A stretch of 64,000 nt of DNA from assembly GCA_951406725.2 (NCBI GenBank), contig OX597815.1:45694001-45758000 (forward strand). The letters are read 5' to 3'. The notes beneath the pieces are model-generated. The model was not told where the DNA came from. It saw only the letters and a program-made list of their open reading frames with translations, and ran no database searches. Of this stretch, positions 12,615 to 24,579 are shown one piece after another. How positions within the stretch are numbered: position 1 is the first letter of the stretch; the number at the start of each line of letters is the position of its first letter. A program made the translations under genes and the position numbers. This stretch comes from Octopus vulgaris (taxonomy: Eukaryota).

Positions 12615-13668
12615 CCCTACGTGGGCCAGTGGGGTTGGAATTACACAAAATCCACTAGGGTCCCAGGGGACCACCTTATATTTTTATGTATTTCTGCACT
12701 AACCATAAAGTAATAATTATTTAATCTTGTATAAATGTGTGTGTGCTTGATACAGAACAAGAAATTTAGCATCTTATAGGCATATATTTATAATTATTAG
12801 CATTTAATGGAGGGGAATTAAAATATAATTTATTGACTGAAAAAACTCTTTATTGACTGAAGTCAACATTTTTTTTTATAGTTTTATAAACTATATATAT
12901 AGTACTATATATAAAATGAAGCAAAATTATTTAGTATATCAATTCATACCAGTACAATTATGAAGAAAATTGACTTATAGTTCAGAATATCTGAGAAAAG
13001 AACAGAAGAAAATAATTTCTCAGAAGGCCAATGGGAACCAGTTGGACCCCAGTGACCATATTTTATGCTATAACATCCATATGACTGGAAATTCTTAACT
13101 CAAAATTTGTATGTACATAATCTTTTACTTGTTTCAGTCATTTGACTGCAGCCATGCTGGAGCACTGCCTTTAGTCAAGCAAATCGCCCCTGGGACATAT
13201 TCTTTGTAAACCTAGTACTTATTCTGTTGGTCTGTTTTGCCAAACCGCTAAGTGACGGGGACATAAACACACCTATCGGTTGTCAAGCAATGCTAGGGGG
13301 ACAAACATAGACACACAATTAAACACACATACATATATATATATATACATATATACGACGGGCTTCTTTCAGTTTTCATCTACCAAATCCACTCACAAGG
13401 CTTTGGTCTGCCTGAGGCTATAGTAGAAGACATTTGCCCAAGATATTATGCAATGGGACTGAACCCAGAACCATGTAGTTTGTAAGCAATCTACTTACCG
13501 CACAGCCACTCCTGCGCCTATAAAACGTAAAGACAGACGAAATACAGTTAAGCATTTCACCTGGGGCGCTGACATTTCTGCCAGCTCACTGACTTAAACT
13601 ATTGACAATAAAAGTAATGAGATATAAAATCATTTAAATAAAATATGTAAACGTTGGCCCATGAAAGG
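12615..13668. mobile_element. piggyBac-type non-autonomous element (TTAA TSD), interrupted by SINEs at about 13121-13600
   Basis: ttaa|ccctacgtgggcca ... tggcccatgaaagg|ttaa; 11/14 TIR match. Confidence 0.7.
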
Positions 13669-13675
13669 TTAATAT

Positions 13676-14610
13676 TGGTTTCAAATTTTGGCACAAGGTC
13701 AGCAATTTCGTGGGAAGAGGAAAGTTGATTACATCAACCAAGAAAGGATAAAAGGCAAACTTGACCTCAATGGAATTTGAACTCAGAATGTGAAGACCAG
13801 AAAAATGTTGCTGAGCAATTTTGTTCAGGGTGCTAATGATTCTGCCAGCTTGCTGCCTTTGTTATGGATTAATATTAACTTGCTTTGAAAAAAGTGAGAG
13901 TTGGTGGCAGGAAGTGAATCTGTCACAGTAAATTCCATCTGACTCATGCAAGCACAGGGAAGTGGATGTTAAAATAGTAATGATATTATATTAGTTTAAA
14001 ATTTTGGCACAAGGTCAACAGTTTTGTGGGAAGGGGATAAGTCAATTAAATTGACCCCAGTGTTCAGATGGTGCTTATTATTTTATTGACCTTGAAATGA
14101 TGAAAATCAAAATTAATCTAGGAAAAATTTGAACTCAGAACATAAAGACAGATGAAATTTTGCCAAATTTTATCACAAGGCCTGCAATTTCTGGGGAGGG
14201 ATTAAGTCAATCACATTGATTCCAGTGTTCAACGGTTACTTATTTTATTGACCCTGAAAGGAATAAAGGCAAAGTCGACCTTGACAGAATTTGAACTTAA
14301 AGTCAGACGAAATGTTGCTAAGCATTTTACCTGGCATGCTAACAATTCTGCCAGCTCACTGCCTCAATAATAATTATATTTTCAAATTTTGGCACAAGGC
14401 CAACAATTTTGGGGGAGGGGATAAGCCGATTACATCAACTCCAGTGCTTAACTGGTACTTATTTTATTGACCTTGAAAGGATGAAAGGCAAAGTTGACCT
14501 TGGCAGAATTTGAACTCAGAACATAAAGATGGATGAAATGATGCCAAGCATTTTTCCCAGTGTGCTGACGATTCTGTCAGCTCTGACTGTGTGCTAATGA
14601 TTCTGACACC
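13676..14610 (-). mobile_element. Cluster of four co-oriented family B SINE copies
   Basis: Repeated aaattttggcacaagg...aaaggcaaagt...gaatttgaactcagaa units at about 13680, 13995, 14165 and 14380. Confidence 0.75.
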
Positions 14611-14807
14611 TTTAGAAGAAGGAAAAAAACAAAACAATAATGATATTAACAATGATTTCTACAAATTCTAGCTTAGAAGATTTCAGTTCATTCTGTTTCT
14701 TCTCAGTTCACTTAGCAGTTATCTCTTGTTACTGTATAGGAATGAGATATTCCTAAAAGAATAGTCTTTTGTTCAAGACAGATTAATCTCTTTACTTATT
14801 TGGCGTT

Positions 14808-15200
14808 ACTCTTTTACGCTTTTACTTGTTTCAGTCATTTGACTGTGGCCATGCTGGAGCACCACCTTTAGTTGAGCAAATCAACCCCAGGACTTATTAT
14901 TCTTTGTAAGCCTAGTACTTATTCTATCTGTCTGTTTTGCTGAACTGCTAAGTTACAGGGATGTAAACACGCCAGCATCGGTTGTCAAGCCATGTTGGGG
15001 GGACAAACACAGACACACAAACATATACTCACACACATACATATATATATGACAGGCTTCTTTCAGTTTCCGTCTACCAAATCCACTCTCAAGGCTTTGG
15101 TCGGCCTGAGGCTATAGTAGAAGACACTTGCCCAAGGTGCTATGCAGTGGGACTGAACCTAGAACCATGTGGTTTGTAAGCAAGCTACTTACCACACAGA
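14808..15200 (-). mobile_element. SINE family A, full-length
   Basis: Complete reverse-complement copy. Confidence 0.85.
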
Positions 15201-15799
15201 CACATTATTTAAATTATTAAAAAAAAACAGATAATTTTTCTGTTGACATATGTAATCCATCTCCATTAACAATCTCTAAGTTTACATGAAATGCCACAAA
15301 ACTCTGAATATTTCATTTTAGTATTCACTCCCCTTATAAATTAATATATGTTATATATTATAACCATTTCTGCTGTTTACCTTCATCAGCTGCTATCTGA
15401 TGTATTTCTCAAAATCTGTCTGAACTAAACTCAGCACAACGCAATACTTACCACTACCACTGCCACTACCAGTCCCAGTAGCAACAGCAACCACCACCAT
15501 GACCACCACTGCCACTACTGCAACTACCATCACTGCCACCGCTGCTGCCACCACCACCACCACCACCACCACCACTCTCACTGTCACCACATCTCCAACA
15601 ACCCCAACTTCTCTTATCTTTTAACATAAGTCTTTATCTTTTACCTTTTTTTAGTCATTAGACTGTGGCCATGCTGGGGCACCGCCTTAAAGAATTTTTA
15701 CTCAAATGTATCAACACAAGTACTTAATTTGTATAAACTTGATACTTATTCTATCAGCCTCTTTTACTGAACTGCTAAGTTAGGGAGAAGTAAAACACT

Positions 15800-16279
15800 A
15801 GCTGACATGGCTGATGACAGTACCACCTGATTGGCACTCGTGCCAGTGGAACGTTAAAAGTACCATCTGAGCGTGATTGTTGTCAGGGCCGCTGATTGGC
15901 TCCTGTGCCAGTGGCACGTAAAAAGCACCATTCGAGCATGATTGTTGCCAGCATCGCCCTACTGGCACATGTGCCAGTGGCATGTGAAAAACAACATTCG
16001 AGTGTGGTCATTGCCAGTGCTGTGGTCATTGCCATGCACTTAGCACGTAAAAAACACCTTATGAGCATGGTCGTTGCCAGAACCGCCTGACTGGCCCTCG
16101 TGCTGGTGGCATGTAAAAACACACACTACACTGTCGGAGTGGTTGGCGTTAGGAAGGGTATCCATCTGTAGAAACTTTGCCAGATCAGACTGGAGCTGGT
16201 GCAGCCTTCTGGCTCGCCAGACTTGTCAAACCGTCCAACCCATGCCAACATGGAAAGCGAACGTTAAATGACGACGACG

Positions 16280-16280
<1 letters not shown>
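15800..16280 (+). mobile_element. Repeat family D: internal about 60-bp tandem units, 3' end ...ccatgccagcatggaaagcggacgttaaa(tga)n
   Basis: Units gtggcacgtaaaaagcaccattcgagc.tgat.gttgccag; related copies at 19190-19690(+), 21316-21780(-), 28480-29060(-), 32390-32655(+), 45870-46165(+), 58575-59130(-). Confidence 0.75.
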
Positions 16281-16332
<52 letters not shown>

Positions 16333-17075
16333 GAAGGCGGTGAGCTGGCAGAATTGTTAGTATGCTGGGTAAAATGCTTAGTGACATTTCATCTGTCTTT
16401 ATGTTCTGAGTTCAAATCCCACTGAAGTCGACTTTGCCTTTCATCTTTTCAGGGTTGATAAAATAAACACCAATTAAGTACTGGGGGCGATGTAATTGAC
16501 TTAGCTCCTCCCCGAAATCTCAGGCTTTGAGCCTACAGTAGAAAGGATCATTATTATTATTAAGGTGGTGAGCTGGCAGAGGCATTAACACGCCGGGCAA
16601 AATGCTCTACGGCATTTCGTTCGTCAGCATGATCTGAGTTCAAATTCTACCAAGGTCGACTTTGCTTTTTATCCTTTCTAGATCGATAAAATATGTACCA
16701 GTTGAACACTGATGTAAAGTAATCAAATTACTCTCCGAAAATCTTAAATTTTAGTTATTTTTACTTATTTTGGCATCCCCACAAATGAGGATAAAAAAGC
16801 GAAGTCTAAAATACAACACAGAAAATGAAAAATTTATCCGAAGTTTAGACTTATTGGACAAATTTTACCGTTTTACTTCGAACAATTAGCTGAACTCAAT
16901 AGTCAAACGGAGTTAGTTCCCTTTATATATATATTTTTTTATCACAAAGCTTTGAATTTTCTTTACTGTTTGATACTCATTTCCCCTTGCTTGGGAAAGT
17001 GTCTTCTACTATAGCCTCGAGCCGACCAAAGCCTTGTGAGTAAATTTGGTAGACAGAACCTGAAAGAAGCCCGTT

Positions 17076-17109
<34 letters not shown>

Positions 17110-17399
17110 CTGTCTGTGTTTGTCTTCGCCACCACGGCTTGACAATCGATGTTAGTGTGTTTACGTCCCCATAACTTAGCGGCTTGGCAAAAGAAACCTA
17201 TAAAATAAGAACTAGGCTTACAAAGAATAAGTCCTGGGGTCGATTTGTTCGACTAAAGGTGGTTGGTGCTCCAGCATGGCTGCAGTCAAATGACTGAAAC
17301 AATTAAAAGAAAAGAAAAACATGTGGACTTGTAAAATATTATGAACCCCCAACCTCTAAAAAAACAAACAAACAAAAAACAAACAAGATAATTCTAGAT

Positions 17400-17633
17400 C
17401 AGTGGTTCTCAACCATTTTATGTCTGCGAACTGCTTTGATTCCTATTTTACTCAGGTGGACCCCATAGCTATTTGATGTTTAAAAAAAAAATCCTCTTAT
17501 ATTTTTATAACCGAATATAATTAGAAACTGTATACAAAGTTAAAATATTTTGTGTATTGTACAAGTATAATCAATTTATTGCACATAAATTTTAACAACA
17601 AATTCTTATATGGACCCTGGTTGAGAACCTCTG
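17400..17633. mobile_element. hAT (Charlie-like) MITE
   Basis: cagtggttctcaacc ... ggttgagaacctctg TIRs, degenerate 8-bp TSD ttctagat/gattagat; relatives at about 12245-12385, 56085-56315 and 63903-64000. Confidence 0.7.
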
Positions 17634-18023
17634 GATTAGATAATAAAGCCTTGAATTCTTGGTTGATTAATTTTCACATTGAGTGTGTCTAGCATCTGAT
17701 GAAATTACTGTACACATGTCTAAAATTGACTTAATATTAAATCGGTGGAGGTGTGGATGTGCCTTGTCATGACGTTGCATGATGTTTATCACTATCATAT
17801 ATAATATTCTGTGAGAACATGTCATGGGGAAATATTATTTTACTTGTAACAGGAGAGGGCATCCAACTGCAGAAAATCTGCTTTAACAAATGCTGTTTGA
17901 CTGATGCTGACATGGAAAAGTAGACGTTAAAATGATGATAAACACAATGATGAAGATGATAGTGATGATGATAATGATGATGATAATAAAAGGTTATAAA
18001 CATTTATTATAATCATATATATG

Positions 18024-18101
<78 letters not shown>

Positions 18102-18104
18102 GAG

Positions 18105-18795
18105 CCCACTTCAGATGTACCCGCATTGATGGTGAGTGTGGGGCTCCTAGCCGCATGTCGACAAGACAGATTGAGAGATCTCAGCTGGTAGCAAATTGTC
18201 TCTGCACAAATAGGTCTGTGGTGACTCCCTATGGTCTGCTTAGCTGATTCTGTTGCCCTCCAGAATCAGTCCTGGAAGTGCCTTTGGTGCAGGTGGTGAT
18301 CTTGACATGCTGTTGTAACCCTCGGTTGGCCACTGCATGGATGATCATCCATGCTGTTGTGGCATTGTATTGTTCTCTCAGCCTGTCTGAATACTGCAGT
18401 CCAAGTAATTAGCAATGACCAACGGACGTTGGCCAGCATGGAGATGTCTGATGGCTTGCTCCCTCTGAATTCGTATCAGTCTTGGTATGCTTGCTGCTTT
18501 CGGGAAACAAATGACAGGCTGGTAAATTTGGGTACCTTTTATACCCAATGTGTCAACGTTTTGACTCTGGATCATGCTTTTTATAAAGATGCATTTGCGA
18601 GCGTTACCATGTTCACCAAAAACGAGCAAGTTTGAATCCTACATGCAATCCCTGTGTTTTCAAAAGAGAGTGGTGTTGTAGGTCAGTGATATCTTCCTGA
18701 TGTCAAACTACCTAAAAATATGATAAAACCATATAATCTCAATATTGAGGGTAACAAATAATCTTTTACAGTGCGATGTTTCTTTCGTGGTTCAG
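18105..18795 (-). mobile_element. Tc1-like transposon 5' fragment (left end plus decayed paired-like HTH)
   Basis: Minus strand starts ta|ctgaaccacgaaagaaac; translation IPRLIRIQREQAIRHLHAGQRP..IANYLDCS then, frameshifted, DHPCSGQPRVTTACQD matches the Tc1 N-terminal HTH and SGRPR motif. Confidence 0.7.
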
Positions 18796-19705
18796 TATAT
18801 ATGTATGCATGCATGCATGCATGTATGTATGTATGTATGTATGTATGTATGTATGTATGTATGTATGTATGTATGTATGTATGTATGTATGTATGTATGT
18901 ATGTATGTATGTATGCATGAATGCATGCATGCATGTATGTATATATATATATGTATGTCTGTCTATGTGTGTGTGTGTCTTTCTGTCTGTGTTTTCCCCC
19001 ACTGCCATTTGACAACTTGTGTTGGTGTGTTTGCATCCCTGTAATTTAGTGGTTTGGCTTAAAAAATAAGTATTGGGTCGATTCATTTGACTAAAAATTC
19101 AAGGTAGTACTCCAGTATGGTTGCAGTCTAATGATTGAAACAAGTAAAAAATAAAAGATATGTATATATATATATATATATATGCTTGAAATTGAAATTG
19201 AAATCAAATTCGATGAATGGCATCCATGCTTGTGGAGTGCTAAGAGCACCATCCGCGCATGATCGTTGCCAGAGCAGCTAATTGGCTTCCATGCCGGTGG
19301 CATGTAAAAAGCACCATTCGAGTGTGATCATTACCAGAGTCGCCTTATTGGCACTTGTGCTGGTGCTACGTGAAAAAAACTTTCGAGCGAGGTCATTGCC
19401 AGTGTCACTGGACTGGCTCCTGAGTAGGTGGCACGTAAAAAACACCATTTGAGTGTGGCTGTTGCCAGTACCACCTGACTGGCCCTTGTGCTGGTGGCAT
19501 GTAAAAGCACCCACTACACTCTTGGAGTGGTTGGCGTTAGGAAGGGCAACCAGCTGTAGAAACTCTGCCAGATCAGATTGGGGCCTGGTGCAGCCATCTG
19601 GTTCGCCAGACCTCAGTCAAATCGTCCAACCCATGCTAGCATGGAAAGCAGACGTTAAACGATGATGATGATGATGATGATGATGATGATATATATATAT
19701 ATATA

Positions 19706-20090
19706 CTAGCAGTATCGCCCGTCGTTGCTCGGGTTTGTAAGGGAAATAACTATATAAGCATTTTTAGAGATGTAAAGTATAATAGCCATCTCAATATGGC
19801 TAACCACAAAGGGGGGTAGCTTTTTACGTTCTGAGATTTAATAATACATTTTTCGAGAGTTACTTCCCTTATATAATAGCAAAAAAATGGATTAAAAATG
19901 GGAAAAAATTATGGTAAATTTTTTTTTAAATCGTAGACTCATCGTAGATGCGCGCTAATCCCCAGAAGGGCTCGATATGAATCACGACTATAAGATACCC
20001 GCTTATGGTTACACTGCACCGCAAAATATGGGAGTAGTTAGGAATCTAAATCGTAGGAGAGACATACAACCTCTCTTTTATATATAAAGA
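19706..20090 (-). mobile_element. Non-autonomous Helitron in (TA)n
   Basis: Minus: a|TCtttatatataaaa ... cccgagcaacgacggg (hairpin) cgatactgCTAG|t; canonical 5'-TC, 3'-CTAG, A|T site, no TSD. Confidence 0.85.
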
Positions 20091-20601
20091 TATATATATA
20101 TATATGCTTGTAAGAATTTATCATAATTATGATGTAAGCATCTGGCAAGCCAAGGCTGTGATCTGATTTTGATTTCTAGATAAAAACTATTTTATTCACT
20201 TTCATTCTTAATGATCTTAGGCAAGGCATGTATATTACAATATCCCATTTCTTCTCTCCCATAAATCTTTAACAACAAATCTAGTTACAAGAAATTAATA
20301 TTCAGTTTGTAATGAATGTCATGAAGTTCTTGAGAGATATGACCATGTTTAAATCTCTTACTGGAGCTATTTCCTTCACAGTGGAAATTCCCTTGAATTC
20401 CCTGAATCTCATTTAAACATTCTTTCACTATTAATATGAAGCTTTGCACGGGTGAAAAGACTCTATATTAACCTTTTGTTACAATATTTCTGTTGAAATA
20501 CACTGTCAGTGTTTCAATTAATTTAAAAAATGATAAAGAACTTAGAAACAAAATAACCTTGTTATTATTAAGCTAGTGTTTGGAACATAAATTAATATGA
20601 A

Positions 20602-21030
20602 AGGCACAGGAGTGGCTGTGAGGTAAGTAGCTATAGGCGCAGAAGTGGCTGTGTGGTAAGTAGCTTGTTTACCAACCACATGGTTCCGGGTTCAGTCCCA
20701 CTGCGTGGCACCTTGGGCAAGTGTCTTCTACTATAGCCTTGGGCTGACCAAAGCCTTGTGAGTGGATTTGGTAGATGGAAACTGAAAGAAGTCCATCGTA
20801 TATATGTATGTATGTGTGTGTTTATGTTTGTGTGTCTGTGTTTGTTCCCCAACATTGCTTGACAACCGATGGTGGTGTGTTTACGTCCCCGTAACTTAGC
20901 AGTTCGGGAAAAGAGACTGATAAAATAAGTACTGGGCTTACAAAGAATAAGTCCTGGGGTCGATTTGCTTGACTAAAGGCGGTGCTCCAGCATGGCCACA
21001 GTCAAATGACTGAATCAAGTAAAAGAGTAT
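20602..21030 (+). mobile_element. SINE family A, full-length, with duplicated first about 30 nt of the head
   Basis: aggcacaggagtggctgtgaggtaagtagct followed by ataggcgcagaagtggctgtgtggtaagtagct. Confidence 0.85.
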
Positions 21031-21312
21031 GAAATTTCGATGAAAGGCTTTAGTTTAGATCCCTTTAAAACAGGCAGTTTTGGGGGATAGTCGGTTATAC
21101 TGACTCCAGTGCTTGACTGGTAATTAGCTTATTGACCTTGAAAGCATGAGCGACAAAGTCAACCTTGGTGGAATTGGAACTTAGAATGTAAAGGCAGATG
21201 AAATACTGCTATGCATTTTATCTGGTGCTGTAACGATTCTACCAGCTTGTCCCTTTATGTCTATTTCTAACTTTATTAGAACATTCGAACACAAAGAAAC
21301 AGGAAAGAAAGG

Positions 21313-21346
<34 letters not shown>

Positions 21347-21780
21347 AATTTAACATCCGTTTTCCATGCTGGCATGTGTTTGACTGAATACTTGTATTGT
21401 AAGCTGGGGAGCTGCACTGGGTTCTACAACAGGATGTCCTTCCTAATGCCAACCAGTCCAAGAGTGTAGTGGGTGCTTTTTATGTGCCATCGGCATAGGT
21501 GCCTGTTATGTAACACCAACATCGGCCACAACTACGATCTCACTAGGTTTGACATGTCTTCTCAAGTATGGTATATTGTCAAAGGTCTTGGTCACTTGTC
21601 ACTACCTCCGTGCCACCCAAAGTTCGAAGCATGCTTTTTACATGTCACTGACATGGGTGCCAGGTATGTAATACTAGCATCGGTTACGACTACGATTTCA
21701 ATTGACTTGATGGATCTTCTTACGCACAGCATATCGCCCAACGTTCGAAAGGCGCTTTTTACATGCCAGTTACACGACAC

Positions 21781-22243
21781 GAAAAGAAAGAAAAGAAAAA
21801 AAAAAAGGTGTGAGTGGGTAAGATGAAGCGGGAGGAAACGATGGGTCACGTACCCTAGAACAAATGGTGTGCTCAGACACACCCCGCAGTAATGATCGCG
21901 ATAGCGTTGCTGTGGAGAATGGCCAGCGGCATCCGCTGCAGTAGCCACCCCACCTCGCGAGGAGGTTACCGTTTTACCTACTTCTTTGACAGGCTACCGT
22001 TTTACCTACTTTGCCAAGAATATCGGTAGTAAGGGGGTCCAAGAATACCTTACCCGATGCCTGGACGGCGACCGGCACAAACAGATAGCGGCTGGCCAAG
22101 CCCCTATATTCATTGATTTTTCTCTCCTACGCATTATGGAAATTTGCTGTTAACTGTTATTATTATAAAGGTAAACTACTCCTTCCTGAAGATTAACACA
22201 ATATTAAAACGAGTCTGGTAATGTAAGGGAGACAACTGCCACA
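21781..22243. mobile_element. CpG-rich young insertion, possibly a solo or partial LTR
   Basis: Abruptly GC/CpG-rich; tgtgag (21809) ... gccaca (22243) ends; internal direct repeat taccgttttacctactt x2; no TSD found. Confidence 0.4.
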
Positions 22244-22252
22244 GTCTTAATT

Positions 22253-22461
22253 TCTCTTTTACTTGTTTCAGTCATTTGACTGTGGCAATGCTGGAGCACC
22301 GCCTTTTAGTCGAGCAAATCGACCCCAGGACTTATTCTTTGTAAGCCTAGTACTTATTCTATCGGTCTCTTTTGCCGAACCCCTAAGTTACGGGGTCGTA
22401 AACACACCACCATCGGTTGTCAAGCGATGTTGGGGGACAAACACAGACACAAACATATACA

Positions 22462-22524
<63 letters not shown>

Positions 22525-22687
22525 TACGATGGGCTTCTTTCAGTTTCCGTCTACCAAATCCACTCACAAGGCTTTGGTCGGCCTGAGGCTACAGTAGAAG
22601 ACACTTGCCCAAGGTGCCATGCAGTGGGACTGAACCCGGAACCATGTGGTTTGTAAGCAAGCTACTTACCACACAGTCACTCCTACA
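22253..22687 (-). mobile_element. SINE family A, young full-length copy
   Basis: Complete copy retaining CpGs. Confidence 0.85.
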
Positions 22688-22709
22688 CCTCAGATCAATC
22701 TAAATACTT

Positions 22710-22940
22710 ACTGGTAACCATCGAACATTATATGACATACACAGGTGTCATATAATCTGCCTTTCGCTCTGAGAGCAAAGCCCTTAGTTACCAATAAAGG
22801 TAGAAGCTCTCTGAACTTTGCCCAGCCCATTCTTATTCTAGTAACTACCCTTTCAGAACTTCCTCCTCCACTGCTAAATTGGTCACCTAGGTAACATAAG
22901 CTATCTACAACTTCTAATAATCCCCCGAGCATTTGAGGAT
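22710..22940 (-). pseudogene. RTE-clade LINE RT C-terminal fragment
   Basis: LEVVDSLCYLGDQFSSGGGSSERVVTRIRMGWAKFRELLPLL...KGRLYDTCV. Confidence 0.85.
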
Positions 22941-23608
22941 GTCTAATGTTTGTATCAAAACATTCCAGCTATGACAAACCCATTCTGTCTATTTAGTGTA
23001 TTTAAGTTACATCAAATCAATGTCCCCTTTTCAAAACAAAAAAAAAGTAAATTGTGTTTTGAAGGAGATTTGGTTGATATTTCTAGCAGATCAAGTAACC
23101 TCTTAGTGCTTCACTACAATATCTCAGTTTGAAGATTGGAGAACTGAAGTAACAGACAATTTTTGTTTTTTTTCCCCTAGAATAAACATCTAGTTAGAAA
23201 AATAACTGCTCATACAAAATGCAAATGTAAAATTCAACAAAAACCATTTAATCCATGCTGCTAGAAATCCAACCAACAACATACATTCCTACTTCAGAAC
23301 AATGAGGTAGAAATGTATTTTTTTTCACAATTTACTTGGCATTTCCTTTTCACCCTATAACTGTAAAATTAAAATTCATGGTTATTCCAGTACTAATGTT
23401 AATTAACTGAAACCCCCGCCCCACACACAAAAAAGAAACATGGTATTTTCTGCAAGTGACATTACTTCAATAAACTTGACATATCCCAACAGAAAAGAAT
23501 TTCAAACATGATATTCCTTCACAAAACTAAACTGGTGTATAAAACTGCTTTCCACAGCTAATGATATTGAAATTTGGAATGGATACCTCTAAACACTGAA
23601 CTTTATTA

Positions 23609-23648
<40 letters not shown>

Positions 23649-24579
23649 CATTATTATTATTATTTTTAAGGTGGTGAACAGGCAGAATTGTTAGCACACC
23701 AAACAAAGCGCTTAGTGATATTGGGCTTATAGTAGAAAGGATTATTATGTCTGGAAACCTCGTGATATACTTAGATTGTTGAAAAAAAAAACGATGATAC
23801 ACCCCCTGGAAGGGACCTTTATATCTACCTCATATAAGTAATTTTTTTAAATGCCCAAGGGAAATAACCCATACTACCTGCACAATATTTTTTAAACACT
23901 CAAGGGAAATAACCCATTTCATTATTTATGTTTGATTACTTTGAATATTGATTTTTTGTGTGTCTTATTTCGAATTTTTGCAGACAATATCACTTTTTTA
24001 CTTTATTTGACACGTGAGTAGAACTCATGTCTGGAAACCTCGTGACATACTTAGATTGTTGAAAAATCTACAATAGGGCCCATCCAATGGATCCTCCTAT
24101 CTACTACATATTACTAATATTTTATTTAAACAACCCAAGGGAAATAACCCATACTACCTGCAGTTTTTAACGAAGCGATCAATATTTGATTCTCATGATC
24201 AGCCGACCTAATTCTGCATTTCACTACTCACAGTTTTGAACTGCTAAACATCATTATTGCATTTCCTTAATTCGAATCTCTTCATTCATGCATTTCTATA
24301 TATACATACTTTTTTGAATACCCATACTCCGATAATTCTGCAGTTTAATACTTATACTTTCTCCATGACAGTAGATAAATATTTTCTTCTACAACGTATT
24401 TGTAGTGGCTTCATGTAGGCATAGCATGGATTTGATCCTCGATTGCCAAATTTCACTTAACATTTCAACAGTGCTTTTTTCACAGTAAAACAATAGTTTT
24501 TCTGTGAACGACAACCTCTCTTGCCAACCTCCAACAACTCTCGCCAACCTCCGACAGTCTCTCCTTCCTCCAGCTCTTT

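Noticed and set aside
15361-15393. Minus-strand CTGATGA...GAAA motif
   Set aside because: Stems I-III cannot form
22180-22230. CTGAAGA...AAACGAGTC hammerhead-like string
   Set aside because: G of GAAA is missing and there is no convincing stem I
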